A stretch of DNA of 60,175 nucleotides, the filler included, from Bipalium vagum (taxonomy: Eukaryota): the NCBI GenBank assembly GCA_037834085.1. It is 3 parts of 3 records of this genome, joined end to end, with 100 filler letters (N's around TTAATTAATTAA, not from the genome) between each part and the next. Parts side by side here need not be neighbours in the genome. Positions count along the whole stretch, not along the records: positions 1 to 25,365 come from JBBMKC010194830.1; positions 25,466 to 43,165 come from JBBMKC010055092.1; 1 more part is not named here. One strand, written 5' to 3'. Below the pieces are notes generated by a model, which searched no databases, was not told the DNA's origin, and worked only from the letters and a program-made list of their open reading frames with translations. Made by a program: the position numbers and the translations under genes. Positions 1-30,339 of the stretch are shown piece by piece (position 1 is the first letter of the stretch; each line of letters begins with the position of its first letter).

Positions 1-1473
1 TAGTGATCGTTTTGTTTTTATTGTGTCAGTAGTGTTCCCTACGTTCATCCGTAATTCCTTCTGAGAGTCGTAATCTTTTTAATGGACCTAAAATCATAAC
101 TCAGTTCTTGTTAAACTATCTCAGTAAGGTAAACCCTTAACACGTAATCTACAATTATTTCGATAATTACAGGATGGCCCAAAACATATGGACAGCATTG
201 TATTATTATTATATTGACTTCTAAAATTCCTTATTTAATCAATAATTAATTTTAGACCATTCATGAATACTTTATGAGTTCATATTATCATATATTTTTA
301 TGAAAAATTGCAGTCAGGCCCGGTTAATCTGGATATTTTGGGTATACATGTTATTCATAACGATGCCCGGTTTCCGGATTGATTAATTGTCAGCTTTTTA
401 TAGAATTATTACATAATTCATGTATTAGGGATAAAGAACATTCCTAAAACAAATAATTCCTCCAATATACCGTGAGCAGCAAATATTGGATTATTTCCTC
501 ATCTTTATTTTCCCTTATATATATCATTTTTTTTCTCGTCCCATGATTTTTGGAATGTTAAACTACTCATGACATATAATGGTCTCGGCACAAAATTATC
601 ATGAGCTTTGATAATTTTGTAATTATATTTAAAGGTAATACAAAAATTTAAAATAGTTAAAGAATAAATTAAAATAGTTAAATATAAACTTATAAAGTAT
701 ATTGGAGAAATTAGGTTAGTATTCTTAAGTCTTTTTTAGTTATTTATTACAGAGTAAAAAAAAATTTAAATATTTGAAAAAGTTTTTAAGTTAAAAGAGT
801 AAAAAGTTTTTAAAATAGAAATTAAGATTTTATTTAATTCTATTACAAGGCAGAGAATTTTTGATTCCCAAATTTATTATTAAGATTAACAAAATTAATT
901 AATTGTTTTACTTATATAGGTTTTGTTTACAGTAAAGGTTAGAGTTCAAAGTTAGTTTTTATGTTATTTTAGAAATAGAGGAATTGTTTTGCTATTTTCA
1001 GGTGATCTATATTTTAAGATTTTGTAAATTTTTAAAGATTTAATTATAGTTTTAAGTATTATATTTATTAAGGAATTTTTATTTATTTTAATACAAGTTT
1101 TTAACGTCTTTATTATTAAAATACTTTTTTAAGTTAAGTCAATTAATCTTAAGGTTATAATGAGTATTTAAGTCATTTTTTGATTTATAGTTAATATAGT
1201 AATAATGGTATTATTATCTATTATAATATATATTTTGAAGAAAAATTCTTAAATTTAGAAAAAAGATTAAAAATGATAAAAGTTTTTAAACAGTTATTTT
1301 TAACGAAATTTAATTAGCATAAATATTTAGTAATTTTATTTTGAATTCTAAAGTTATTGCTAATTAAATTATTATTTATTTTTATAATATTGATAGTATT
1401 ACTCGATATAATAATAATTATTATAATATATTTAAATATATATTAAAGATAAAAATAATTTTAAATAGTAAGA

Positions 1474-2327
1474 TTATCCTCCTCCATCTACATGTTGGAA
1501 GTAGATATGATATGCTTGCGCGATAACAGACGCAATCATATCTGTTGATAATCTATGAATGTCCGTCTCCTTGAAAGCAAATCGACGGAGCACGTTATCA
1601 TTCTCTGGATCCTAGGAGCCAAGACATTCAAGGTTAATTATTCAGATATCGACTTTTCTTGGTTGCAAGTGCTATTTGCTGACCGAGTCCCTCATATTTC
1701 TTCTGGTTTCTTTTACTGCTTTCAGAGAAGTTACTACGCTCATCATATGGCACTTTGAAGATGATGAACGTGATAGAGTATTACTACTCTATTTCTAAAA
1801 CGAAATGGAAGCCTAGAATGCAAGAATATTTTTTAAAAATCTGTTTTCTGAGCTGAGTGAAGGTGAGATTTGAAAACCCGCTGAAAATCCTCCAAAACCC
1901 CGTTAAGAATGTTGTCCGTTCCCATTCTTTTACCCTGGAATTGAGGAACTCCAAGGTAAAGGTATTGATTGGAGTCATTCACTATCGGGACTAGCTCCCA
2001 TTTATTTTAACACCAGTTCCTGGATTGGCATCGGTATTAAAATATCCACATTTCTGTGGCCGAAATTTTATATGGACTTTGTTCAAGGCACCACTCACCT
2101 CGTTCAATATTAATTGGAGTTCATTAGTTGATCTAGCAAAGAACCCTAGATCATCAGCATATGCCAATCCTGGGATTTTTTGTTCGAAAATCTCTATTTG
2201 ATTCACTCTTTTAGAGCACATATCAAGAATAAAGTTGATGCTGAGACAAAAAATAGACATAAATAAAGGGAATCTCTGTTTGACCCCTTTCAGGACAGAG
2301 ATACCATCAGTGGTTGAAGTGTAACCA
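1474..2327 (-). mobile_element. Degenerate, internally deleted non-LTR retrotransposon with RT and restriction-like endonuclease (NeSL/R5/Utopia-like)
   Basis: Minus-strand translation with frameshifts gives GVKQ...MSIFCLSINF, LAYADDL, FRPQKC, YLYLGVP and a thumb-like SHLHSAQKTDF*KIFLHSRL. It then jumps to an RLE C-terminus FKVPYDERSNF...KKYEGL...CLGS*DPENDNVL...IAQAYHIYFQHVDGGG* (stop 1476-1474). The clade call rests on recalled similarity of the LGSWDPxND / IYxxHxxG motifs. Confidence 0.8.
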
Positions 2328-3177
2328 GAGATATAATAAAAGATATTATAAATATGAATAAAAATAAAATGTTGGTAATCCTATACATGTTTTTAATTCA
2401 AAATTTTAAAGGTATCTAAAAAATATTGAAACAAAACAAGCAGGAATAAAAATGATATAATTTTCAAAAATTAAGAAAAAACAATTTCTTTAGATACTAT
2501 GAAAAAGTTTGATTCTCAATTAAAAACATTCAGATTTAATAGAACATTATTAAACAAAACGCAAACTGATTTTAATAAAAATATTGAATCAATAAAACAA
2601 GAATTTAAAGGATTAGAATAACTCAAATAATGTTTACTAGAAAAACATAAGTTTTATAAATAAAGAGACATTTCTGGGACAATATAATATTATGATATTA
2701 ATTTTTTTGAATGATTTTTAAACCACATGTAACAAACAGTTTATTCTATTTGAAATGGTCAAGAATATTCTTATAAGTATTCTAAATTTCAAATATTCAA
2801 ACAAGAATATCCTGAAAAATAAGAAAGTGTAAATATTCACACAAACATTAATAATTTTTTAAAATATTATCTGATCCAAAGTATATTTCTTTTTTTAAAA
2901 AAATAAATAATTCAATCGAGTAAAATAACTCTAGTGAATAGAACTTTTTCCAAAAGAAATGAGTCTGCAATAATTAACTACTCTGCTTTAATACTGTCTC
3001 ATTTCATGACTCGGCTCCTCATTTAAAATTCTTTCTTACTCTAGTTCAGTTATGTTTTTCTTTTTTTGGGAAATATGAGAGTTTCTTAATTACTCTTCCT
3101 CCATCGTTTAATCACTACTCTCAACAATGATATCTTCCATCTTTTCTCTTTTCCCACGCAGAAATCAGGGGTTTCAA

Positions 3178-3216
3178 TATTCAGCTCAACCTGACCTTAG
3201 TCGTCTAAGCTGAATA
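3178..3216. repeat. 39-bp palindromic motif, copy A
   Basis: tattcagctcaacctgaccttagtcgtctaagctgaata: perfect 9-bp arms TATTCAGCT/AGCTGAATA; same length as the copies at 4220 and 9777. Confidence 0.8.
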
Positions 3217-3803
3217 CTTGCTTCTGAGACTGCCTTCGGTATTGTTACTATTATACTAAAACTTTGCAATATGTGCTCGTGACTCCTCACTTTTTATAAC
3301 TCGTTGTGTTCGTAATTCCTCTCAAACTTTTTGAATTTAAAACACCCTCCACAATACTGTATCCGCACCCTTAAGAACCAATTCAAAATACTTAAAATAA
3401 AACTTTATTTGCAACAATTACAACTTCTAAATCAAAACCAAAACGTTATCAATAAAATAAAAATCAAGTTTAACGTTAACACTAAAAAAACGATTAAAGC
3501 AAAAATTAATAATAATAACTTAAACGAGAAATAAATAAAAGTATCGATCTCACCATGAGCGACAAGGGGTCTCCGGGTCACCCTCTAGGCCCTTCTCAGG
3601 TCGCCTAGGGGTTCCCAAGCTCACTGGGTCCCCTTCTAAAAATCCGGTTGCATCATCAACAGAGAAATAAACTGATTACTGGGTTCGTCCTCTGCGAGCG
3701 CGGGGAATTTTCTTGATTTTTGTTTTTGGTATTCTGGCCTTCTAACGGCTTTTTCTAACAGCTTCTTCCTGGTTTGTCTGGCCATTAACGAGAATAGCCG
3801 TCT

Positions 3804-3826
3804 CCTTTTATAGTCATAGAGATTGG
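3804..3826 (-). promoter_or_regulatory. CCAAT plus TATA box (TATAAAAGG) in LTR-like segment
   Basis: Minus strand reads accaatctctatgactataaaaggagacgg. Confidence 0.4.
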
Positions 3827-4219
3827 TCTACGATCACCAATCCATACGCTCAGAGACGGCTATTTTTCCTAATAGCTACTCACTATCTCTACGCCGAGAT
3901 TGTCTCTTGTCGAGGCTAATGGATTCCTGTCAGGAAATCCATTAGCCTGATCTCACGAAAAATCCCCACAACGGGATTTTCCCATTAAAAATTTATAAAA
4001 AAATATTATTTTTTTCTTTTAAAGAAAAATTTTATTATCATTATTATTAATTACAATTATTATTCTTCCAAAATTATTATTATTATTCAAAATTTATTAT
4101 TATTTAACGATTATTATTCTTCAAAACCCAACAGTATCAAACCAACATTCTCCCTACTCCTACTTAGCCCACTAGGTCCCCCATTCCATTAAGTAAAATG
4201 AAACTATGGGAGCTTTAAT

Positions 4220-4258
4220 CATTCAGCTCGGGTCAAACGAGATCGCCCGAGCTGAATA
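4220..4258. repeat. 39-bp palindromic motif, copy C
   Basis: cattcagctcgggtcaaacgagatcgcccgagctgaata: perfect 12-bp arms ATTCAGCTCGGG/CCCGAGCTGAAT. Confidence 0.85.
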
Positions 4259-7200
4259 ATTAATGGATCGAGTTTTCTAAAAACTTCCATTGAAAATAAA
4301 TGTTTGCTTTTTTAATATTTAAAAACGGTAATTATAAGTTATCATTTTTCCATTAGTGATATTATAAATATTTATTATAATTTTTAATATTATTTCTTAT
4401 CAAATTATTACTAATACAGATAAAATTAATTTCCTTTTGAAAAAGAATGTTTTTATTTCTGTTAATAAATTTAAAATAAAAATCAGATATAAAACAAAAA
4501 ATTAAAAAAATTAAGAATCATAAATAGATTTTCCTCATTTCCTTGAAATATATTGAAAAATAAAATATTGATTATTTTTGTTTTCAAATATTAAAAAATC
4601 TTACTTTTTCGAAAGCAGAAAAAATATACAAATAGTTGATATCAGGTTATCCGTCACGAAAAGAAATGTATGGAAACTTAATAGTAGTAAGAAAATTGTA
4701 TTTTAAGTCTCAACTCATTGCTTTTATTTATTTAGTTCAAATTTCTCGAATGTAAAGAAGTATAAAACTCCACAATCCTCACTCACACACACACACACAC
4801 TGCAATACATAAAATGCACACACTCAACAAAAGTTATATATTGTAATTTTATTATAGACTCACTGGCACTCTTTCTAAGGAAATAGGTTTCATGTTCATA
4901 CATAAATATTTCTTGTTTAATTAAAAATTTTTCTCATAAACTTTTATTTTTTATCAGTTTTTTCATTCCCAAATTGCCTAAAATATCTAAACTTTTAAAA
5001 TAAAAAATGATTGACATTACAGATAAGGTGAAACAACCTATGGATATTGGAAAACCGAAATCTATTAATTAATTAAAAGGTAATGATTATTTAAAAAGAT
5101 TATTACGGAAATAAAAGGAACTAAATGAAGCAAGAGAAAGGTTTTACTTTTAATTTCCGTTTGAAATGTTATATTTTCTAATTTAGAAACAACCAAAGAA
5201 GTAGTTGAGGGTGTAGCAACAGAAGTGCTAAAGACAAAAACCAAAAGACAAATATAGAAAAGAATTGAAAATGGAAAGATCTCTTCAGGGTTTTATATAT
5301 AATAAGTAATATAAACAAAAACAAGCTTAATTTTCTTGAAATGCAAAATTTTATTAGAAATTCAATTAAAATGAAAAATAGTTTTTAATGCTTTTTAATT
5401 AATATACAACATTATAAATTTTTGTTAGATAATGCATATTTGATTCTATGAATTACAGGAAAAGCATCAGTATATAATAATCCTCAATGACTGTACATGT
5501 AACATTTAAAATATATTTTCTATGGTGAAAGTGCTAACAGTATCACTAATAGATTATAAATAATAACAATCAAAATAATAATCAATTAAAAAGTTTTAAA
5601 AATAATACAAAATTCGTTTCGTTGAAAAACAAAACGAAGAAATTGCTATAATCATTGTCATAGATTAAATAATTCTAAAAAATATCAAACTCCTTCATAT
5701 GTAACATCATCAATCTAAATAAAACGATTATTTTTCGACGGATCGTAAACCACAAGTTTACCAATTGTTTGGAACTCATTCTGGACGAAGTTAGATCTTG
5801 GATTCAAATACTTATATTTTGGATTTGCGTTCGTTATCTGAGTTTTTATAATTGACACTAAATGAAAGGTATCTGTAAGAGTTTATAGAATTAAAAAAAT
5901 AATTAACTATCTAATATCATTCGTTTTGCAATGTTTTCTTTTAATGATTTCTTTATCAATTTATGAAACTCGTTTAACATTATTGTCAAGGCTATAAAGA
6001 TTTCAAAGAAAGCAGACTAAAAAGTTTATTTATGAAAGAGACAAAACACCCCATTCTAGACATGGCAGAACTAAGGTGACAAAAAGACAAACGTAGGCAT
6101 GTTCTCTTGAACTAAATGCTAAATGTCAAGTGCAACATGAAGATCCGAAAATAGAGTAATTGAAAAAGTGACAGATAAGCCAACTGATGAGAATAGAAAG
6201 ATGTGACAAGATGGACAAGAAAAAATCATATTCAGATGAGATGTCCAAGACAGGAAGCAAAAACCGTTCCAAGTTTAAAGTAAAAGTAATAATTATTATT
6301 ATTATTTATTATGTCTTACATAATAAAATATGAAATGGAAGAGCTGAAAATAGTGACATAAATTATAAGAAAATATGTTCCTAGCCAAAGAACGATGTTA
6401 AGACTACTACACTGAAGGAAGACAAGAAAGTTGGATCAAAGTATTTAATTAAATATGTGTAGAAAATTTTGAAAAAACAATGTGGAAACAAAGAGATATA
6501 TAAAGGAATAATACATTATGTTATTTAGAATTGTAAGATATAAGCATAAGATTCTCTTCTTAAAAATGTAAATGTCCAAAAAAAATCTTGTCACTTAATT
6601 CAGATGACATTTTTCAAACAAAAAATATAAATAAAAAAGATGAATGATATATCATTCAGAATGACTGACCATTTTTTTATAAAATTTTTGAATAATAGCC
6701 AATAATTTTTAATGACTTGAACTTAAATGTTTATTCTGTTTTTTTGGTCTATATAAAATAATAATAAATCAAAATTAGTAATAATAAAATATTTGTTAAA
6801 ATTTATAATAAAAATAATATCAGGGGAAGATTTTTTCCATTTCCTATTTTGCTCTAATTCATTAAATTGACCCGACAAAGGGTTTTAAAATTTCTGAATG
6901 CTGTATAATTGGCTTAAATGAAAATTTCATTAGTGTAATGGGTTGTTCTTTAATGAGACTGCAATAAGCAACTAAATTAATTATTTTTTTGTCTCTACAC
7001 AATAGTAAGTACCTATGAATAGATGCGAGGTCCGATTGGTCGATTACAGCCACATACAAGGAGCTCGTAGAGCTGGTATATCAGAAAGAAAAAAATATTT
7101 GAAGGATTTCGTTGAATTATTTGAAATAATTTTTTGAAATTCAGAGAAACGAATTATGAAGGTTTTTAAGATTAAAATTGAAAATTTTCTGATTTTGTGT

Positions 7201-7411
7201 TGATAAATAAATTGTGTTATCACGCGTTATTTTTATTTTCTCTCAGGATTAAAGTAAAATCTAACCATAATAAAAAATAGGAATTAGATCGAACGTAGTT
7301 GGTTAATATTAAAAAAATTACCACTTTCAATTTTATATTTATTCTAAATTTAATTTCATGACTGAAGGTAATTTGATCGTAAACTTTGAATAAAGATTTA
7401 ATTATATTAAT

Positions 7412-24466
<17,055 letters not shown>

Positions 24467-24489
24467 CTAAAACATGATGATTTAAGTTT

Positions 24490-24502
24490 TTTGCTTAGAG
24501 AC
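24490..24502. promoter_or_regulatory. Possible X-box (RFX) site upstream of CDKL2-like gene
   Basis: TTTGCTTAGAGAC, one mismatch to GTNNYY-N-RGNRAC, about 80 nt upstream of the ATG of a cilia-associated kinase. Confidence 0.25.
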
Positions 24503-25365
24503 AGTAGTTGTATTTACATTATTAAAAGAAATTCCAATTTTGTTATTTTGAATTTTTAACAACTTATTATTTTAATTTTAATTTATATTACTGATACTTC
24601 CTAACAGGATACAGAAAATATGTAAATTAGTAATTTATTTCTATTGTAATGTATAATTTGTGGTACTAATCTTATTATAATTAATTTTGATAAATAATTA
24701 ATAGTTAACTTTATTACTATTGAAGTATTTTTTATTAACGTATTTCAATATAAATGATAAAACCTTATTTTCTACATATATTAAATTCGTTCGATTTTCT
24801 TTTCTTGTTAGGAATATTTTTAATACTTCATATGATTAAATTAATTAAAATTAATTCTTTCAATTCATATGAGAGAAAATTTTCAATCTAAGCCTTTATA
24901 TCCGTTAATTCTCAATTTTTTTGTCATAATTATAAAAATACAATACTTAGGAATATTCTTATTTAACTTTAAAAAAGTTAACTGTGATAGTACTCTTAAG
25001 ATTAATTCTAATTTGCCTTAAAATCAATTTTAATATTTTTATTTATTTAATAGGGATGTTAAGATCCTAAGTTGATGGACAAAAAAGGTTGTCAATGGTC
25101 GGAGCGTGTATATGACTTAGGTCTCAACGGTTGAAGGTTGCTTTTGCTAGTGTTCGACTTTAATTAAATTTCACTGAGAAAACAAATCTTTGATTCAATA
25201 CTTTTATTCAAATCGTTATCAAATTACAATGATTGAGACAATTCTGACCGATTTTTGTTTGGCTTTTTATTTTTTGTTTAAAAATGATTTTATTAATTAT
25301 AAAAATCCTCTCGCTCTTAGGCTCAGAGGTCCTCAATAAAGAAAAACAAATGTATTTCACCGCCC

Positions 25366-25465
25366 NNNNNNNNNNNNNNNNNNNNNNNNNNNNNNNNNNN
25401 NNNNNNNNNTTAATTAATTAANNNNNNNNNNNNNNNNNNNNNNNNNNNNNNNNNNNNNNNNNNNN
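25366..25465. other. Synthetic assembly spacer (44N-TTAATTAATTAA-44N)
   Basis: Exactly 100 nt; the 12-mer gives stops in all six frames; identical to 43166-43265. Confidence 0.97.
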
Positions 25466-26399
25466 AAATTAATTAAAAATAATACATTTAAATTAAAATT
25501 AGATAATTAAATTAAAATAAATTATAACTAAAATAGATCAATCTGTGAAAAAAATGTTAATTTTTAAAATTTTTATCTTACTCAAATATTTATTAATTTT
25601 ATTTTCATTAATTATTTTCTATTTTCATGTTTTGTGTCATTTCCTTATTTGTGTCAATATCAATAACATTTGAGAAAAAATTAATCCTAAATAAAAAGCT
25701 TTCTCCAAGACTTAAGTATGTTTTCTGTGAAAGACTTTCCTCTTGCATATTTACAGAAATACTTATAATTTATTTTCAAGTTCGAAATCGAGGTATAAAG
25801 ATCGTTCAGTCTTGTCTGTTTTTTTTATTTAAAATTTGAGCTATTTAAATACATAAAATAACACATGGGGTCTGAACTAAGTATTAAATTTAGGCAAAGT
25901 CGTTGGAAAAACTATCCGGTTTTTTCAAATTTTAACTTTATAAAACTTTAATGAAAGAAGGACTCGGCCGATTTAAAAATGAGGAATAAAATATGTTGGA
26001 CCTATTCGAAGGGGATTATCGAAAATTTTATGAATATCTGATAAATGTCCCTTAACAATAAATAAAATATTTTTACGTTTTTCTTAATTTTTCCTCAAAT
26101 TTTCTTCAGCGTCATTAGATACACTATGAAGGATTAATAGACTAAGATAATAGTAAAGATAATGACTAAAAAATCATTTAAATATGTTTTCACAATCAAT
26201 AAAGAAAAGTATTATTAAATATTAAGTAAGCTTAACTAGTCAATATAATTTGTTTCACATAAATGACATCATTTTCTGAGTTTTGATGTGAATTGCAGCT
26301 TACCTCCTGTCCTAGCAACTTTGGGTATTTATTATTAGAGCTTCATTTGACGTTCTTCTAAGTTTAATGAAACATCAGATTATGATTTGGGAAGTTTTC

Positions 26400-26931
26400 A
26401 ATGGTCTTGATGATGTGCATGCATTTAAAAGAATTATAGATAGGCCAGATTTGTACAAAATCTTCCAAAATCTTCTTCTTTAATTCCAAATGCTAGAAAA
26501 ATATTTGGCTGGTGCAAAGATCACAAATGGACATTTATCCAAAACATAAAAGTCTGGTTGCCCAGGTATTCTTGTCTATTGAAGCACCCAAAATAATGGC
26601 CTAATAGTCCAAATGTTAATCCCATATCAAATCTATGGTCAATAGTCAAGGGTTGCGTAGAAATAAGAAAACCAACAAATCTTAATAAATTAAGAGTTTT
26701 CATGCGAAGAATCTAATAAGATTGATATGGACATCCTAAATAATTTAGTAAACTCGATGGCGTCAAGATATTTAGTGCTTATTGATTTTAAAATCAAAAA
26801 TCAATTAAAAAATATTTAATTAAAAAAAACCTTTGTAACTTTGAATCTAATATACCGTATACATATTTAGTTTTTTTATTTATTCAATTACAAGTTTAAA
26901 TACTGAGGACAAAGACTTTTGCACTCTACTG
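26400..26931 (+). mobile_element. Tc1-like transposase C-terminal remnant with right TIR
   Basis: LIPNARKIFG, WPNSPNVNPISNLWSIVK..VE.RKPTNL and LNNLVNSMASR; terminus ...ttttgcactctactg (reverse complement starts CAGT). Confidence 0.75.
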
Positions 26932-27206
26932 AATATTTCCATCATAAAGGAAAAGATGGGGTACTGTTTTCAATTATTAATAATTTTTTTGTGTTTATAA
27001 AATTTAATTTACATTATTTATTTTATTAATAGTTTATATATTTAATAATATTACAGATATTATAATTAGATTTAAAATTGTAACATATGGATTTAGTAAT
27101 TAGCTAATGAAATTTCTTTTAATTAAAAAAATAAAATATTCATGTAAATAATTAAAAATGTTATTTTCATATTATTTTTCAATTACAAATCTGTAACTTC
27201 TTTCAG

Positions 27207-30200
27207 TTCTCAATTCATTCCCTCTGGTTCATCACGAATCAGCAGAATTCTTAATGGGAAACGTTGGTCAAATCGTTTGTATGATACCTCAATCAAAGCC
27301 CTCCCCACCACATATTGAATTTCTTCACAACAATACGGTTATAAATACCACAAAAGGTAATAAATAATAATCTTTTATCATTATTTTTAATTTAATAATA
27401 ATATTTTTTTCAGTTAAATTGTCATAGAAAATTTTTTCCAAATTTTTAAAGTCATCAATTAAAACAAAATATTTTATGAATTTTTTAAAAATTGAATTAC
27501 TTTGTTAATTTATTTAATAAGATAAAAATATTTTTTCACGAAATTATTTCCCTCTAAATACCATTTTTAAATCATACTAAGAATCATTAAATCTGAAACA
27601 TTAAAAAGTTTTTGAAGAAAGAACTCCTAACATTTCTTTGCATCAATGTGTCTAATTAGTATAATACTTAACATATTTTCCGTTGGAGATTATACTAATT
27701 TCTTGCGTCGAGACAGAATTTAATGAAAATTAGATTAGTTAGAGTTTCCCACGAACCCCTTGCCTTTTATTGATCTCAGAGAAAATAAAAACTAATCTTT
27801 AAGAGAAATTATCCCTTTTCACTGTTTTCCACTGTCAAACATAATTGATTTGTCTTCTTAATCTTGTGAAACAAACCTAAATAATGGATGCAGTCAAGAC
27901 CCCTGAAGCTTATGGTCATACAGCAGATCACTTTTATTCATCTCCTTAATTTTAGGACAAAAAACCAAATACCGATTTGTTTTAATCATTGGGAATTTGA
28001 TCTCAATTTCGATATTGATAAATAAAAATATTAGTGATAAAAGAAGAAAAAATGTGTTATTATTTTTTGCATGACATTCACAGATGTAATCGATGGAATT
28101 TTTAATTATTTACAACTAAATATCATGCGATAATAGAGTATCAACGTAATGAATTATTATAGGGGATGTCACTCAAACTCAGTGTTTAGATTGTTTGATA
28201 TGAAGCAAAAGCTGGGGAGAAATTAAAATGGAACATTGATATGGCCTTTTCCATTTTGTAATGACTTCTGGCCTCTGGTTTTAATAGTTATTAAAAATAC
28301 GAATTTTAAGAGCTATCGATTTTTAGTTTACATTCTTCTATGATAAATTAAAACAAAAAATGTTTTTGGTTCATTATTTTAATTAAGTATAATAAATGAA
28401 TGCATTGGTCGGGGATAATGTCGTAAATTTTTAAAAAATAATTTTATCTATTATTGTAAAATAATATTGGGAAATAAATTATGGTAACATTTTTCATATA
28501 TAAACATTTTCAAAGTAAATGTAATAAAAACAACAATACTGGTCGCACGTTAGAAAAAGATCCCCACATAAACTGAATGATTTGGGATATTGAGGTCGCT
28601 CTCATTCAAAACTTTCACCGGATCTGTCTCCCACTGACTCATTTTTAACAGCTTTCCCAATAATAAACGAGGAAACTTTCCACAAAAGTGCTGTTCACGA
28701 TACCTTTTGCTAATTTATCGATTGCAGAAGACCGGAGTTATACGTCATTAGTATAATTAGGCTTTTTTCGAATTGGCAGAAGGATGTTGCATGACATGAG
28801 TCATATTTTGAATGAAACACTTTCTTGTCTTCTGAGATTTTTAAAAAACATTTATCGGTTAAAAATGCAATTATTGTTTTACCAAAATGATAATAGTATA
28901 ACTGTGTAATAAAATATTAATACCAACATTGCTAAAGTACCAAAATAATTTGTTAATAAATTCATTCCATTTTATACAAAAAATAAAGAATATTATTATT
29001 TAGATTTAATTTAGCAGTTGAATGTTGTTTCTTCATCTCGATAATAGTGCCGTAATCCCGGTCTCATTAACCTTCGGTAGTTTACTGGTAACAATTGATT
29101 GTTTTGACCTATTCTCAAGGATAACAATTCGTGTTAAATAGACTGTTTTGAGGTTACCTAAATAAATTTTGGGGATTGATTAATGCAATCCAATATTTCT
29201 GTTAATATGAAAAAATGAACACAGCCTATTACTGTCCTCTTTGGATGGTTTGGGAAAATGTTTTTGTTTATCTTTATCAAACCATTACGCTGATCAATAA
29301 TGGTTATCAAAGAAAACCAATTTTCGTTACACTTGATTATTCGATCAGACATGGTACATTTCGAATGAGTAAAGATCTTGACGAAGAAACTTGTAAATGA
29401 CGATATCCTCCTGTAGTTCGTGATGAATTCATTTGTCGAGTTTTTAATCTGTTCAATGACTCTCAAATGATTTTAAACTGTTCCAACACTTACTCTCTCG
29501 AACTATTAAATGTGGATTTTTGTGAGACTAATTCTTTCAAATATTTCAAAGTTTTTCATTGCACAAATTTATCTCCTTTTTTGGACTTTCCAAACCGTAC
29601 TTCAAAAGCATTATTTCCAAAAGTTTCTCTGATGTTACTGATCGCTCAAATAGGCGTAAGATCAAGTTTAAATTCATACAGAAAAATAGATCTAAAATCA
29701 TAGTTATTCATCTTTATCTGTAATAAGTAAAAACTTATAATATAAATATTAATATATCTCATAAGAGCTTTACTTTTTAATCATTCAAATTAGCTTTGAA
29801 ATATTCAAATTAATGACTTCCTGGGCGATTAGAATTAGCTTTAAAAAATTATAAACAAAGACATTTCATATTGAATAACTTCATATAAAATGTGCAATGT
29901 CTAAGGAAAACCGTTGTTATTATTCATATCAAGCTGACTGTTCTACCAATAGGCCATTAACTCTTATGATTATAAAAATGGAAAAAATGATTACAAGTTG
30001 GAACTCTCCTATAAATATGATTAATTTTTAATTAATTGATTAATTAATTACACTGTAAATTCTTATTTGTACTTTATTATTGCATGTACTTTTATTGGCT
30101 ATTTGAAATAAATGTTAATTAATAGAACGATTAAAACACTCTGTAATATTAAAAAACCTGATTATTTCAATTTCAAAAATATCTGTTTTTAATTAAATTG

Positions 30201-30303
30201 AAAGCAGCAATTTTAATGAATTATTTCTTATTTTTAAAGAATTCATCTGCAATAATTATTTTATACTTAAAATGATTTTTCGTTATTCCAGGAAATTTTG
30301 AAA

Positions 30304-30339
<36 letters not shown>

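Larger units (their letters stand above)
3307..4327 (-). mobile_element. LTR-like, hairpin-rich segment (possible solo LTR), copy C
   Basis: On the minus strand, in order: 39-bp palindrome, GC-richer hairpins, CCAAT plus TATAAAAGG (3812-3804), GTGAG donor-like site, AATAAA (near 3405), ending CGAACA at 3307. No target-site duplication found; boundaries approximate. Confidence 0.4.

Noticed and set aside
33-592. Possible further minus-strand LTR (TGT...GGAACA, TATATAAGG, cgtaattcct shared with 3311-3320)
   Set aside because: No TSD, no PBS and no 39-bp palindrome; only a 10-nt match to the other copies.
3680-3750. HDV-like ribozyme core (tcg-tcctctg-cga)
   Set aside because: P3/L3 look-alike only; no compatible P1 or P2 pairing.
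6244-6260. Hammerhead CTGATGA...GAAA cores (also 19775, 39112, 44831)
   Set aside because: No stem II or flanking stems could be formed.
6862-7080. Extra minus-strand exon or ORF downstream of CDKL
   Set aside because: Phase does not clearly join the CDKL tail and no motif was recognised.
25410-25421. TTAATTAATTAA palindrome as a biological site
   Set aside because: It is the centre of a synthetic spacer that is repeated exactly at 43210-43221.
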